Assembly (NCBI GenBank): GCA_963783575.1 | Contig: CAWAOD010000018.1 | Location: forward strand, 64,001 to 128,000 | Direction: 5' to 3' | Source of the DNA: an uncultured Spirochaetota bacterium | GTDB lineage: Bacteria > Spirochaetota > Brevinematia > Brevinematales > JAOACQ01 | DNA length: 64,000 bases | In this document: piece after piece, positions 52,107 through 62,461 of the stretch | Layout of the letters: every line of letters begins with the position of its first letter | Position numbering within the stretch: the first letter of the stretch is position 1 | Made by a program: the position numbers and the translations under genes | The notes under the pieces: model-generated | Database searches by the model: none | Told to the model about the DNA's origin: nothing | The model's input: only the letters and a program-made list of their open reading frames with translations

Positions 52107-54275
52107 TTATAACTTAATTACAATTAAAGTGATATCGTCAAATTGTTCTTTCCCTTCGGTAAAAACCTCAACTTCGCAAATAACTAAATCGGTTATCTCC
52201 TTAGCTGACTTATTAGAATTAATCTTAATTATGTTTTGCAGTCTCTCCAATCCAAATTCCTGTTCATTATTATTTATTGCTTCCGTGATTCCATCGGAAT
52301 AAAGAATAAAAATACTATTATTATCAAATTGATATTCATCTATTATGAATTGTTCTTCAACAAAAATGCCTGCAGGTTTTGAATTAGCTTTTAATGATTC
52401 GAATGATTTATCCAAAATATTGTAAATGATCATAGGATAATGCCCTGCATTTGTATAAAATAAAGTCTTAATCGAATTGTCGATAAATCCGCAAAATATC
52501 GTTGCAAAGCTCATTGTTTTTGTCAACCGCCGTTCATACTGGCTAGACGTTAGAACTTCATTGATTTTTGAAACAATAGCATTGGTAGATACTGATGAAA
52601 ATTCCTGACTTTTTGCAATCGTGTGAATTACCATTGATACAAGCGCAGCTGAAAAACCCTTTCCTGAAACATCTGCTATAAGTACTCCAAGTTTATGATC
52701 CCCGGTTTTTTGTATAAGGAAATAATCACCGCTTACTTCAAGTGCCGGTTTCTCATATCCGAAAACATCAATATTATCAAACTCTGGGATAAATTTCTGA
52801 AATATTGATTCCTGTATTTCCGATGCCAGATTTAAATCGCGTTTTGTAATCTTTGCTTCCTGTTCTTTATCAAACAAAATAATATTATTAACAATAATCT
52901 GAATTATTTTTTTCAGCTTATTCATTAACTCAAGTTCTTTATTTGTATAAGAATTATTATCAAGTTTGCTCGCAATATTAATTAATACAATAAGATTTTT
53001 ATCATAAAAAACCGGAATAATCAACGATGCCTCATAATTTTCGAAATATCTTTCGGCTATATCTCGAATATTTGAGAACCGTGGATCAAAATTAATTATT
53101 TCTCTGTCATAAATTTCGGTTTCCGGTGTTATGCGTCTGAAAAAAGGATCAATAGCCGATATCTCATAATTTCTGTTATTTGATGAATAAATTACTTTAA
53201 ATATATCCGATTCTTTTTCAAAAAATAAAAAATCCGCATTCCTGCAGTTAATATTCTCTATCAGAATATATATCGCTTTCTGAGCTAATTCATATACATT
53301 GTGAGATGATCCGATCCTGTCAAGAAAAACCTCCGTTATATCCCTATTCTCATTTTCAAAATTAAAAATTTTTTTGATTAAATTCATTGAAAGGTAATAA
53401 AGCCAGAAAAATAGGATCAATCCTGGTGCCATAATAATAAAATAAAATAATGGATGAATAATGGCCATCCAGCCTCTAATAACCAGCAGGAGTGATGTCA
53501 GAAAAACCGTTATTAAAATTCCAATTGTAAAATCTCGAAATAATATTACAATCCGCATTCTTAAATTATAAAACCTGTAGCTTATGACCGAATAAAGCAG
53601 ACTGGCTCCAGTCGTTATAAATGCAAGACTTATAATTAAATACGAGACTGCTTCAGGCAAAAATATTTTGAATGTTCTTTCAAAAACAAGTAAAAAAACA
53701 AAAAAAAGTAAGCCACTGATAAAATACCTGATCTGTTTTTTTTGATAAATTAATTTTACAGAATTGTATTTGAAGCCAATTTGTATTATGGAATAAACTG
53801 ATAGTGCAATTGAAAAGCCGGACATTACCCAGTGCATTAAATTATATTCAAGGCGAATATCTAAAATTTTACCGCTAAGTTTATTATCGTTAATAATATA
53901 ATCATATTTGTTAATATCCAAACCAAATACATTTAAAATAACAAAAATTAATGTGATTACTAGAAAAAACAAAATCAAACGGTAATTATTATTTATTTTT
54001 TTATCCCTGGGAAAATGGTTTGAGAAAAAGAAAAAAGAAAAGCCAAGAAATGAAAGTGCCGCCGTATAAGTCCTGATCATTATCAAAGTAAAAAGCCTTG
54101 AATTACCTAGTAAAAATAGTTCTTCCAAACCCTCGCTTCCTATGATAATCGATGCTGTAAAAAGCAACAAAGCTGTTGCCATATTCAAAATACTCGTACT
54201 TTTTAAAAGACTTTCTATAGCCATAGCTATTAAAATACAGGCTGCAGAAACAAGAAATAAATAAGCAATTGTCAT
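52107..54275 (-). CDS. Membrane-bound SpoIIE/PP2C phosphatase with multi-TM sensor and GAF-like domain
   Basis: About 9 TM helices, GAF-like region, EVSGDYF, IADVSGKG, NAGH, YSDGITEA, DDITLI. Confidence 0.9.
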   Translation of the reverse strand: MTIAYLFLVSAACILIAMAIESLLKSTSILNMATALLLFTASIIIGSEGLEELFLLGNSRLFTLIMIRTYTAALSFLGFSFFFFSNHFPRDKKINNNYRLILFFLVITLIFVILNVFGLDINKYDYIINDNKLSGKILDIRLEYNLMHWVMSGFSIALSVYSIIQIGFKYNSVKLIYQKKQIRYFISGLLFFVFLLVFERTFKIFLPEAVSYLIISLAFITTGASLLYSVISYRFYNLRMRIVILFRDFTIGILITVFLTSLLLVIRGWMAIIHPLFYFIIMAPGLILFFWLYYLSMNLIKKIFNFENENRDITEVFLDRIGSSHNVYELAQKAIYILIENINCRNADFLFFEKESDIFKVIYSSNNRNYEISAIDPFFRRITPETEIYDREIINFDPRFSNIRDIAERYFENYEASLIIPVFYDKNLIVLINIASKLDNNSYTNKELELMNKLKKIIQIIVNNIILFDKEQEAKITKRDLNLASEIQESIFQKFIPEFDNIDVFGYEKPALEVSGDYFLIQKTGDHKLGVLIADVSGKGFSAALVSMVIHTIAKSQEFSSVSTNAIVSKINEVLTSSQYERRLTKTMSFATIFCGFIDNSIKTLFYTNAGHYPMIIYNILDKSFESLKANSKPAGIFVEEQFIIDEYQFDNNSIFILYSDGITEAINNNEQEFGLERLQNIIKINSNKSAKEITDLVICEVEVFTEGKEQFDDITLIVIKL

Positions 54276-54413
54276 TCTAAATTCTCCGGTTTATCTAATA
54301 TGAATTTAATAATAATATTTTATAATATTATAACAGAAATGGCATGGTTTATAATACAAATTTTTAAAATATACAGTTTGTAATAATAAAATGCCATTAC
54401 TAATTATTTTTTG

Positions 54414-54440
54414 TAATTAATAATGAATTTATGCCGATGG
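54414..54440 (+). promoter_or_regulatory. Sigma28 (FliA)-like promoter upstream of flgF
   Basis: TAAT-N15-GCCGATGG compared with the consensus TAAA-N15-GCCGATAA. Confidence 0.5.
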
Positions 54441-54470
54441 ATAATAAAATATATTAATCAGGGGTTAATT

Positions 54471-55319
54471 ATGGTAAGAGGTATATATACTGGCGCAAGC
54501 GGAATGATGGTTACTATGGAAGAAATGAATACTGTGGCAAATAATCTTGCCAATGTTAATACGGATGGATATAAAAGGGAAACAAGCGTAACAAAATCAT
54601 TTCCTGAACTTTTAATCCGTCGAATAGATGACGACGGTGTTGTAAAATTTCCACTTGGCAGCTATGACCTGGCTCCAGTTGCAGGAAAACTCGGAACAGG
54701 TGTGGAATTCAACGAATCATATATTCGCTATGAACAAGGCAGCATGCTTGAAACCGGAAATGATTTCGACCTGGCTCTTGAAGGTGGCGGTTTCTTAACC
54801 GTAATGACCGAAGATGGCGAAAGATATACAAGGAACGGTAATTTTAAAATCAGTAATGAAGGATATCTTGTTGATTCTCGTGGAAACAAAGTAATGGGTG
54901 AAAATGGGGATATCAAAATATCACAAAATAATTTCCAAATTGACAAAGATGGCAATATCTATATAAACTCAGATTATAAACCTGAGGATTTTGTAGATAA
55001 AGCAGGAAATGAATGGAAAGGATTGACAAAAATCGACCGGTTGAAAGTGGTTGATTTTCCCGAAAGGAGATACCTCGAAAAAGAGGGAAATACAATGTAT
55101 AAAGAAAGTGATTTTTCAGGGTTAGCCTTTGTTGCAGAGGGGGATTTGCGGCCGAAAATCCACCAGGGGTTTCTTGAAAAATCCAATGTCGATCCCGTTG
55201 TTGAAATGACAAGGATGATAGAAATCAACCGTCTTTATGAAGCAAATCAGAAAGTGATTCAGACTGGTGATGATATGCTGAATAAGGCAATCAACCAGGT
55301 CGGCAGGGGCATGGCATAA
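54471..55319 (+). CDS. flgF: Flagellar basal-body rod protein FlgF (FlhO-like)
   Basis: MVRGIYTGASGM, ANNLANVNTDGYKRE, LEKSNVDPVVEMTRMIEINRLYEANQK. Confidence 0.8.
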   Translation: MVRGIYTGASGMMVTMEEMNTVANNLANVNTDGYKRETSVTKSFPELLIRRIDDDGVVKFPLGSYDLAPVAGKLGTGVEFNESYIRYEQGSMLETGNDFDLALEGGGFLTVMTEDGERYTRNGNFKISNEGYLVDSRGNKVMGENGDIKISQNNFQIDKDGNIYINSDYKPEDFVDKAGNEWKGLTKIDRLKVVDFPERRYLEKEGNTMYKESDFSGLAFVAEGDLRPKIHQGFLEKSNVDPVVEMTRMIEINRLYEANQKVIQTGDDMLNKAINQVGRGMA

Positions 55320-55336
55320 ATAAATTATTTCATTAT

Positions 55337-55374
55337 AAAAAAAAGGCGGTATTTAAATTTTACCGCCTTTTTTT
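55337..55374 (+). terminator. Rho-independent terminator after flgF
   Basis: AAAAAAAAGGCGGTA..TACCGCCTTTTTTT. Confidence 0.85.
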
Positions 55375-55394
55375 ATTATTAATACATTTTACTT

Positions 55395-55423
55395 TTGACT
55401 TTTTAATAAGCCTTGTATAAAAT
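55395..55423 (+). promoter_or_regulatory. Sigma70 promoter for galT
   Basis: TTGACT-N17-TAAAAT. Confidence 0.55.
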
Positions 55424-55454
55424 CATTCTGGAAATTAATTATTAGGATACAATT

Positions 55455-56468
55455 ATGCCGCAGTTAAGACAAAACATTATTTTAAAAGAATGGGTGATAA
55501 TTGCTACTGAAAGAGCTAAAAGACCAGAGCAGTTAAAAGAAAATAAAAATATTAAGGATGTAAAACTTCCGGAATATGATGCTGAATGTCCATTATGCCT
55601 GGGAAATGAAATTAAAAGCGGCAATATTACTGAACTCTACCGTATTGGAAGTAAGGAAAACTGGAAACTCCGTGTTATACCCAACAAATATCCCGCATTG
55701 CTGCACATTAAGGAAGATTTTAATATCAATACATCTGGTATGGAAAGATGTATGGATGGAATTGGGAATCACGAAGTATTAATCGAATCACCAAAGCATA
55801 ACCTTACTATTGCAACAATGGAAACTGAAAATGTACATGATATTCTTAGTTCTTATCAAAATAGGATAAAAACTTTAATGGAGCTTGAATATATTGAATC
55901 CGTAATACCTTTCCGCAACAATGGTACAAGGGCCGGAGCTTCTTTAATCCATCCGCATTCACAAATCATTGCTTTACCAGTTATACCGAGGGATATTTTT
56001 TCAAGGATGAACGAAAGCATCAGGTATCATGAAGAACATCGTGAATGTATATTCTGTAAGGTTCTGAAATCCGAGCTGGATTCCCGGCAAAGGATAGTAA
56101 TAGACACAAAACATTTTGCGGTATTTGTTCCATATGCAGCATATTCTCCGTTTGCATTATGGATATATCCAAAAAGGCATTCTTCGTCATTTTGTGATGT
56201 CAATAACGAAGAATTACTGGAACTTTCATCCGTTTTAAGAACAAGCTTGAGGAAACTATACATAGGTTTGAATGATCCGGATTATAACTATATTATTCGT
56301 ACATCACCCAAAGGTTATACCAATTCGGTTTTTTTCCATTGGTATATGACAATTATACCCAGATTAACAAGAACCGCAGGATTTGAACTGGGATCGGGCA
56401 TGTTTATAAATCCCAGCATACCCGAAGAAAATGCCGAGTATTTAAGAAACATCAATACTGAAGGCTGA
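55455..56468 (+). CDS. galT: Galactose-1-phosphate uridylyltransferase
   Basis: ERAKRP, CPLCLGNE, PNKYPAL, GASLIHPHSQ, AGFELGSG. Confidence 0.92.
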   Translation: MPQLRQNIILKEWVIIATERAKRPEQLKENKNIKDVKLPEYDAECPLCLGNEIKSGNITELYRIGSKENWKLRVIPNKYPALLHIKEDFNINTSGMERCMDGIGNHEVLIESPKHNLTIATMETENVHDILSSYQNRIKTLMELEYIESVIPFRNNGTRAGASLIHPHSQIIALPVIPRDIFSRMNESIRYHEEHRECIFCKVLKSELDSRQRIVIDTKHFAVFVPYAAYSPFALWIYPKRHSSSFCDVNNEELLELSSVLRTSLRKLYIGLNDPDYNYIIRTSPKGYTNSVFFHWYMTIIPRLTRTAGFELGSGMFINPSIPEENAEYLRNINTEG

Positions 56469-56473
56469 TTCCC

Positions 56474-56501
56474 TTGACTTTTTAAATCAAATAGTTATAA
56501 T
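56474..56501 (+). promoter_or_regulatory. Sigma70 promoter for the BMP/ABC operon
   Basis: TTGACT-N16-TATAAT. Confidence 0.5.
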
Positions 56502-56586
56502 TTTTGTTATCATTTGATTATCATTTCAAAATCAATTAATTATTCATTTTCAATTCGGAATCAAAATATTTTTATAGGAGGATAGT

Positions 56587-57738
56587 ATGTTAAAAAGAGG
56601 TTTGAAAGCTTCTGTAGTTTTTGCAATTGTTTGTACAGTCGTATTAGTTGTTGTTTTGAGCGGTTGCGGAGGGGCAGGTAAATCTACAGCAAAGTATAAG
56701 ATCGGTCTTGTTTTTGATATCGGCGGCAGGGGTGATAAGTCATTCAACGATTCGGCATATGCTGGTTTAGTTGAAATAGCTACAAATTACAAGGGTTATA
56801 TCAAAGATTCACCCGACAAAATAAGTTACGGAAAAGATGTGGAAATCAAATTCCTCGAACCGAAAGCCGGTGGGCAGGACAGGGAACAGCTTTTAAGAGT
56901 ACTTGCTGAAGACAAATACAATTTGATTTACGGAATCGGATTTATGTTCACCGATGCCATAACAAAAGTCGCAAAGGATTTCCCAAATACGCATTTTGTG
57001 ATTATTGACGGTTATATTCCTGATTTAACAGATACCGCTAATATTACTTGTATTAGTTTTAAAGAAGAGGAAGGATCGTTCCTTGTAGGAGCCGCAGCCG
57101 GATTGCTGAATAACAAAGCAAAAATAGGGTTTGTGGGCGGTATGGACATTCCCCTCATTCATAAATTCCAGGCCGGTTATATGGCCGGGGCAATATATAT
57201 TAATAAAGAACTAAGGAAAAAAGGCATGATCCTTTCACAGTATATCGGTAAAGAACCGTCAGCTTTTAACGACGCTCCTTCAGCATATAATATAGCTGGA
57301 AATATGTACAAGCAGGGAGCTGCTATTGTTTATCATGCAGCAGGAGCTTCCGGTGCGGGTCTTTTCCAGGCAGCTGAAGAAGCAAAGAAACTTGCTATTG
57401 GCGTAGATTCCGACCAGGGTTTAATCTATTCATCGGATACAAACACGGCTATGCAGGCCAGGGGTAAATATATACTTACTTCAATGATAAAAAGAGTCGA
57501 TCAGGGTGTATTTCTTTCAGCAAAGAATTATCTTGATAATGGAAAATTCGCCGGCGGCTACATATCTTACGGCCTGAAAGAAAATGGTGTTGCTATCGCG
57601 GTTAACGACTTCAATAAAGATAAACTATCCGGAATTCTCGATAAAATTAATGATCTTTCACAAAAAATAGTAAACGGAGAGATTACTGTTCCCGATAATG
57701 ATACAAAGCTACCCGATTTTGAAAAAAAATTAAAATAA
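56587..57738 (+). CDS. BMP-family nucleoside ABC transporter substrate-binding lipoprotein
   Basis: Lipobox LSGC; GGRGDKSFND, EEEGSFLVG, AIGVDSDQ, SMIKRVD. Confidence 0.92.
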   Translation: MLKRGLKASVVFAIVCTVVLVVVLSGCGGAGKSTAKYKIGLVFDIGGRGDKSFNDSAYAGLVEIATNYKGYIKDSPDKISYGKDVEIKFLEPKAGGQDREQLLRVLAEDKYNLIYGIGFMFTDAITKVAKDFPNTHFVIIDGYIPDLTDTANITCISFKEEEGSFLVGAAAGLLNNKAKIGFVGGMDIPLIHKFQAGYMAGAIYINKELRKKGMILSQYIGKEPSAFNDAPSAYNIAGNMYKQGAAIVYHAAGASGAGLFQAAEEAKKLAIGVDSDQGLIYSSDTNTAMQARGKYILTSMIKRVDQGVFLSAKNYLDNGKFAGGYISYGLKENGVAIAVNDFNKDKLSGILDKINDLSQKIVNGEITVPDNDTKLPDFEKKLK

Positions 57739-57747
57739 AATCTTAAC

Positions 57748-57784
57748 AAAAAAGCGAAATACTGAAAGGTATTTCGCTTTTTTT
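57748..57784 (+). terminator. Intra-operon hairpin/terminator after the BMP gene
   Basis: AAAAAAGCGAAATAC-TGAAAG-GTATTTCGCTTTTTTT. Confidence 0.75.
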
Positions 57785-57807
57785 AATTTATTTATCAGGA
57801 ATTAAAT

Positions 57808-59334
57808 ATGCCTGACATATTACTCAGAATGAATGAAATTACTAAAAGCTTTCCCGGTGTTTTGGCAAATGACAGGATTTCTTTCGATCTGTTTAGAGGA
57901 GAGATCCATGCGCTGGTTGGAGAGAACGGCGCCGGGAAAAGCACATTAATGAAAATATTATACGGTCTTTATAAGGCCGATTCGGGTGATCTATTAGTCA
58001 ACGGTAAGATAATATCAATAACAAAGCCAAAAAATGCAATACAATACGGAATTGGAATGGTACATCAGCACTTCATGCTTGTTCCGGTTTTTTCTGTTCT
58101 TGAAAACATAATCATCGGGCTTGAAACTCATACTTTTGGAATAATCAGAAAAAAAGAATGCATGAAAAAAATACAAAAAATTATGGATGACAATAAGCTA
58201 TTTGCAGATCTGAACGTACTTGTAGAAACCCTGCCAGTGGGACTGCAGCAGCGTGTGGAAATAATAAAAATACTATACAGGGGAGCTGATATTCTAATAT
58301 TTGACGAACCAACGGCAGTTTTGACCCCTCAGGAAGTTGTCGAGCTCTTTAAAACATTAAAAGAATTAAAATCAAGGGGCAAGGGTATCATTTTTATCAG
58401 CCATAAACTGGATGAAGTTATTGATATTGCAGATAGAATCACAGTTTTGAGAAACGGTAGAGTAATAAAATCAATGCCCAAGGTAGAAGCCACAAAATCA
58501 ATGCTTGCGGAATTGATGGTGGGAAAACCGGTTCTTTTAAATGTCTTAATACCTCCTATGAACCCTGGAAATACAATTATAAAAATTAAAAATCTTACTA
58601 AAACAAGTATTAATGGATTTAAGATACTGGATAATGTGAATATTAATATAAAGGAAGGAGAAATATACGGAATAGCAGGTGTGGAAGGGAACGGTCAATC
58701 AGCATTGATAAACGCGATAATCGGCCAGGATAAAAATTATACGGGTGAAATTGATCTATGCGGTGAAAACATTAAAAATCTTTCAATCAGGCAAAAAAGA
58801 GAGAAGGGAATAGCGTTTATCCCTGAGGACCGTCATAAATACGGTCTTTATCTCCCTTTCTCAATTGAGGAAAATTCAGTTATCGGAAGACACCATAAAG
58901 CCCCTTTTGTGAATAAATTTCAGATAATAAATAAAATTGCCATACGTGATTTTGCGAAGGAAATAATTTCCCGTTTCGATATCAGAACCTCTTCAGAAAA
59001 AAAGATAGCGCATGCTCTTTCAGGTGGAAATCAACAGAAGGTTATTGTTGCAAGGGAAATCAGCGCAAACCCTAAATTGATGATCGCTTCTCAGCCAACC
59101 AGAGGTGTTGATATAGGTGCAAGCGAATTTATTCACAATCAGCTTGTGAATTCCAGGAATGAAAAAAAGGCAGTCTTACTTGTCTCGGCGGATTTAGACG
59201 AGATAATTTCCCTTTCCGATAGGATCGGAGTTATTTATAAAGGGAAAATTATTCAGGTATTTACACGAGAAAACGCCGTTAAAGAAAAAATCGGGTTTTA
59301 CATGATGGGGGATAAAGATGAAGCCTCTCACTGA
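57808..59334 (+). CDS. Nucleoside/sugar ABC transporter ATP-binding protein (double domain)
   Basis: GENGAGKSTLMK, DEPTAVLTPQE, LSGGNQQK, PTRGVDIGA. Confidence 0.95.
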   Translation: MPDILLRMNEITKSFPGVLANDRISFDLFRGEIHALVGENGAGKSTLMKILYGLYKADSGDLLVNGKIISITKPKNAIQYGIGMVHQHFMLVPVFSVLENIIIGLETHTFGIIRKKECMKKIQKIMDDNKLFADLNVLVETLPVGLQQRVEIIKILYRGADILIFDEPTAVLTPQEVVELFKTLKELKSRGKGIIFISHKLDEVIDIADRITVLRNGRVIKSMPKVEATKSMLAELMVGKPVLLNVLIPPMNPGNTIIKIKNLTKTSINGFKILDNVNINIKEGEIYGIAGVEGNGQSALINAIIGQDKNYTGEIDLCGENIKNLSIRQKREKGIAFIPEDRHKYGLYLPFSIEENSVIGRHHKAPFVNKFQIINKIAIRDFAKEIISRFDIRTSSEKKIAHALSGGNQQKVIVAREISANPKLMIASQPTRGVDIGASEFIHNQLVNSRNEKKAVLLVSADLDEIISLSDRIGVIYKGKIIQVFTRENAVKEKIGFYMMGDKDEASH

Positions 59335-60454
59335 ACCATCGATTGGTAAAAAACAGATACTGAAAAATATTGACAAATACAGCGTTTATGAAGCTTTGTC
59401 ACCAATTCTGGGTTTTTTTGCCTCGCTTCTGGTATTATTAATAATCATAATCGCCGTAAGGGAAAATCCAGCTGATGCTTTTATTGGAATCTACCAATTC
59501 TGTTTCAGTTCAACGGCAAAAATATTCACGATATTTTCCATATCAATTCCTTTATTCTTTGCCGGTCTCGCGACTGCCCTTGCATTTCGGGCTGGAGTTT
59601 TCAATATCGGCGTTGAAGGGCAATATTTTATCGGGGGCCTGACGGGAGCCTTAGCAGGAATTTATCTTCATCTGCCAGTATATATCCATATTCCTGTGGT
59701 AATAATCATGGCAATGGCAGGCGGAGCCTTATGGGCTTTAATTCCAGCTTTATTAAAGGCCTTCAGGGGTATTCATGAAGTAATCTCTACCATCATGTTT
59801 AATAATATCGCACTTGCACTGGTTAATTATCTGGTTAATTCTCCATTATCAGGAATGGAAAAAGGGCATAGCCTCGAGCCTCAAACTCAAAAAATTCAAT
59901 CTACAGCCCTTTTTGGAAAGCTAAATTTCATTTTTCAGGCAGTAGGTCTCGATGTTCCAAATCATGTTTATATGGATTATAGTTTAATCATTGCTATTAT
60001 AACAGGCTTTATGGCCTGGTTTATTATATATAAGACAAGATATGGCTTTGAGATTAAGGGAGTGGGTACTTCAATAACAGTCTCTGAGTACGCAGGGATA
60101 AATGTTAAAAGAATCCAGATTGGAGGTTTTATTGCCAGTGGTGCAATTGCAGGTTTGGTAGGACTTCAGGAAATTTTCGCAATCCGCGGCTTTTATACAT
60201 ATCAAATTGCTTCCGGATTAGGATTTGATGGAATAGCAATTGCTTTGATTGGCAAGAATTCACCTGTGGGAGTTGTTATTGCCTCCATACTTTTTGCTTT
60301 TTTAAAGCAGGCTGGTTACGGTCTTCAGTTTAATACTTCTGTTCCAAATTCAGTAATTAATGTAATAACCGGATTAATGATTTTGTTTATTGTTGTTATT
60401 AATGAGGTTGTCGCCCGCTATATTAAAAACCTCAGGAAAAAGGAGGCTAATTAA
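59318..60454 (+). CDS. Nucleoside ABC transporter permease 1
   Basis: GVFNIGVEGQ, HEVISTIMFN, GFDGIAIALIG. Confidence 0.92.
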   Translation: MKPLTEPSIGKKQILKNIDKYSVYEALSPILGFFASLLVLLIIIIAVRENPADAFIGIYQFCFSSTAKIFTIFSISIPLFFAGLATALAFRAGVFNIGVEGQYFIGGLTGALAGIYLHLPVYIHIPVVIIMAMAGGALWALIPALLKAFRGIHEVISTIMFNNIALALVNYLVNSPLSGMEKGHSLEPQTQKIQSTALFGKLNFIFQAVGLDVPNHVYMDYSLIIAIITGFMAWFIIYKTRYGFEIKGVGTSITVSEYAGINVKRIQIGGFIASGAIAGLVGLQEIFAIRGFYTYQIASGLGFDGIAIALIGKNSPVGVVIASILFAFLKQAGYGLQFNTSVPNSVINVITGLMILFIVVINEVVARYIKNLRKKEAN

Positions 60455-60455
60455 T

Positions 60456-61332
60456 ATGGATATGTCCGTGTTAATTTATTTTATATTAAAAGGTCTTGAA
60501 ATTTCATCCCCGATCGCGTTTGCTGCGCTTGGAGGTGTCTTTTCTGAAAAAAGCGGTGTTGTTAATATTGGACTAGAAGGTTTTATGATAGTAACTTCTT
60601 TTTTTATTGTATGGGCTTCACTTCTATATCATAATATCTGGATTGGTTTATCTGCTGCAGTAATTGCCGGTATCATTATGGCTTTGATACATGCAATAGT
60701 AAGCGTTACATTCAGGGTCGATCAGATTGTTTCCGGTGTAGCAATTAATATTTTTGCGCTGGGTTTAACAAGATTTTTATCACAAAAAATTTATGGCCAG
60801 GAAACTCAGACTCCGCCCAATCCCTATACTTTCTCCAAATTTTCAGACATTAATTCTTTTTCCCTGTGGTTAATACCGATAGCTATTTTAAGCTGGTTTA
60901 TATTAAATAAAACTGTGTTTGGGCTACGACTGAGGACGGTCGGAGAAAATCCCGAAGCAGCGGATACTCTTGGAATAAATGTATATTTAATGCGTTATAT
61001 AGGCGTGATGATTAGTGGAGTATTTTGTGGCCTTTCCGCTGCGACTTTATTTCCCTCGCAATGGGTTTCGGGTATGACCGCAGGTAGGGGGTTTATTGCC
61101 CTCGCCGCCATGATATTCGGAAGATGGGAGCCCTATTGGAGCTATTCTAGCATCTCTACTTTTCGGATATGCTGATACTTTCAGGATAATGTTTGAAACC
61201 AAGATTCAAATTCCAAGTCAGTTTATTCAGATGTTTCCGTATGTACTTGCTTTGATTGTACTTGCTGGTTTTATCGGCAGGGCAAGGGCTCCTGAAGCCG
61301 ATGGAAAACCTTATGAACCGAGCGAAGACTAG
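60456..61332 (+). CDS. Nucleoside ABC transporter permease 2, +1 frameshift near 61126-61133
   Basis: SEKSGVVNIGLEG, GENPEAADTLG, GRGFIALAAMIFGRW; the C-terminus IGAILASLLFGYAD..MFPYVL..APEADGKPY continues in the shifted frame to TAG 61330-61332. Confidence 0.9.
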
Positions 61333-61333
61333 C

Positions 61334-62461
61334 CTAGTATAATGCCATGTTGTCTATATGAACAACGCTTGAATATGTACTGTCCTCACCTAAAATGGTT
61401 TCCACTTCAAATGTTTTTTTCCCTGCAATTAATCTTATCTGATCCGAAGAATAATTTGATAATCCTATTGCGATATCCATATCATCAATATTATTTATAG
61501 ATACTGTGTCACCAGGTTTGAAATTTCCAGTGATTTTAACAATTCCGCTTGGTAAAAGACTTTTATGGTTCAGTACAGCCTTTACGGCTCCATTATCAAT
61601 ATAGATTATACCTTTTGGTTTTTTACCTGTTATCCAGCGTTTTTTATAATTAAGATTTTTACTTGTAGGTAAAAATATCGTTCCTTCCGAAAGATTATTA
61701 AAAATCTTTAAAAGGATATCTTCTTTAAATCCATTCGCAATAATTGCAGGTACACCGCTTATTGTTGTTGTTTTTGCCGCCTGAAGTTTTGTAACCATAC
61801 CACCCTTAGTGTAATTTTCCTCCTGTTTCCCCGCATGATTGGCGACCTGATTAACATTTCCTACAATTCTTATGAATTCCTGTCTTTCAGTATTATAATT
61901 TTGATAAAAACCATCAATATCTGAAAGCATAATATAAAGATCGGCATCTACAAGAAGAGTAACAAATGCCCCCAATCTGTCATTATCACCGACTTTTATC
62001 TCCTCAACCGCGACGGAATCATTTTCATTGATTACAGGCACAATATCCATTTCAAGCATCGAATTAAGAGTATTTCTAGCATTAAGATATGCTGAGCGAT
62101 TCTCGAATATATAATATGTAAGTAATACCTGTCCGACTTGAATATTGTATTTACTAAACTCTTTTTGAAAAAGATCCATCAGGTAAACCTGCCCCAATCC
62201 TGCAATCGCTTGTTTTTGGGAAACAGAAAGCTTGCTGACAATATCCCTGTTTCGGTACAATTGATAAATTCCTAGACCGATCGCCCCGCTTGCGGTTATA
62301 ATTACTTCAATGCCGTTCTTTTTAAGTTCAACAATATTTTTAATGATATTCTCTAAATTCTGACTGTTAACAGTAAACAAATCGGTAACTTGCTTTGTTC
62401 CTAACTTAACTACAATTCTTCCAACATCAATCTCAGATTGATCCGGCAGCCGTATTTTCAT
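61334..62461 (-). CDS. proB: Glutamate 5-kinase with PUA domain
   Basis: RIVVKLGT, SGAIGLG, PVINENDSV, GDNDRL, GGMVTKLQAA, SLLPSGI. Confidence 0.95.
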   Translation of the reverse strand: MKIRLPDQSEIDVGRIVVKLGTKQVTDLFTVNSQNLENIIKNIVELKKNGIEVIITASGAIGLGIYQLYRNRDIVSKLSVSQKQAIAGLGQVYLMDLFQKEFSKYNIQVGQVLLTYYIFENRSAYLNARNTLNSMLEMDIVPVINENDSVAVEEIKVGDNDRLGAFVTLLVDADLYIMLSDIDGFYQNYNTERQEFIRIVGNVNQVANHAGKQEENYTKGGMVTKLQAAKTTTISGVPAIIANGFKEDILLKIFNNLSEGTIFLPTSKNLNYKKRWITGKKPKGIIYIDNGAVKAVLNHKSLLPSGIVKITGNFKPGDTVSINNIDDMDIAIGLSNYSSDQIRLIAGKKTFEVETILGEDSTYSSVVHIDNMALY

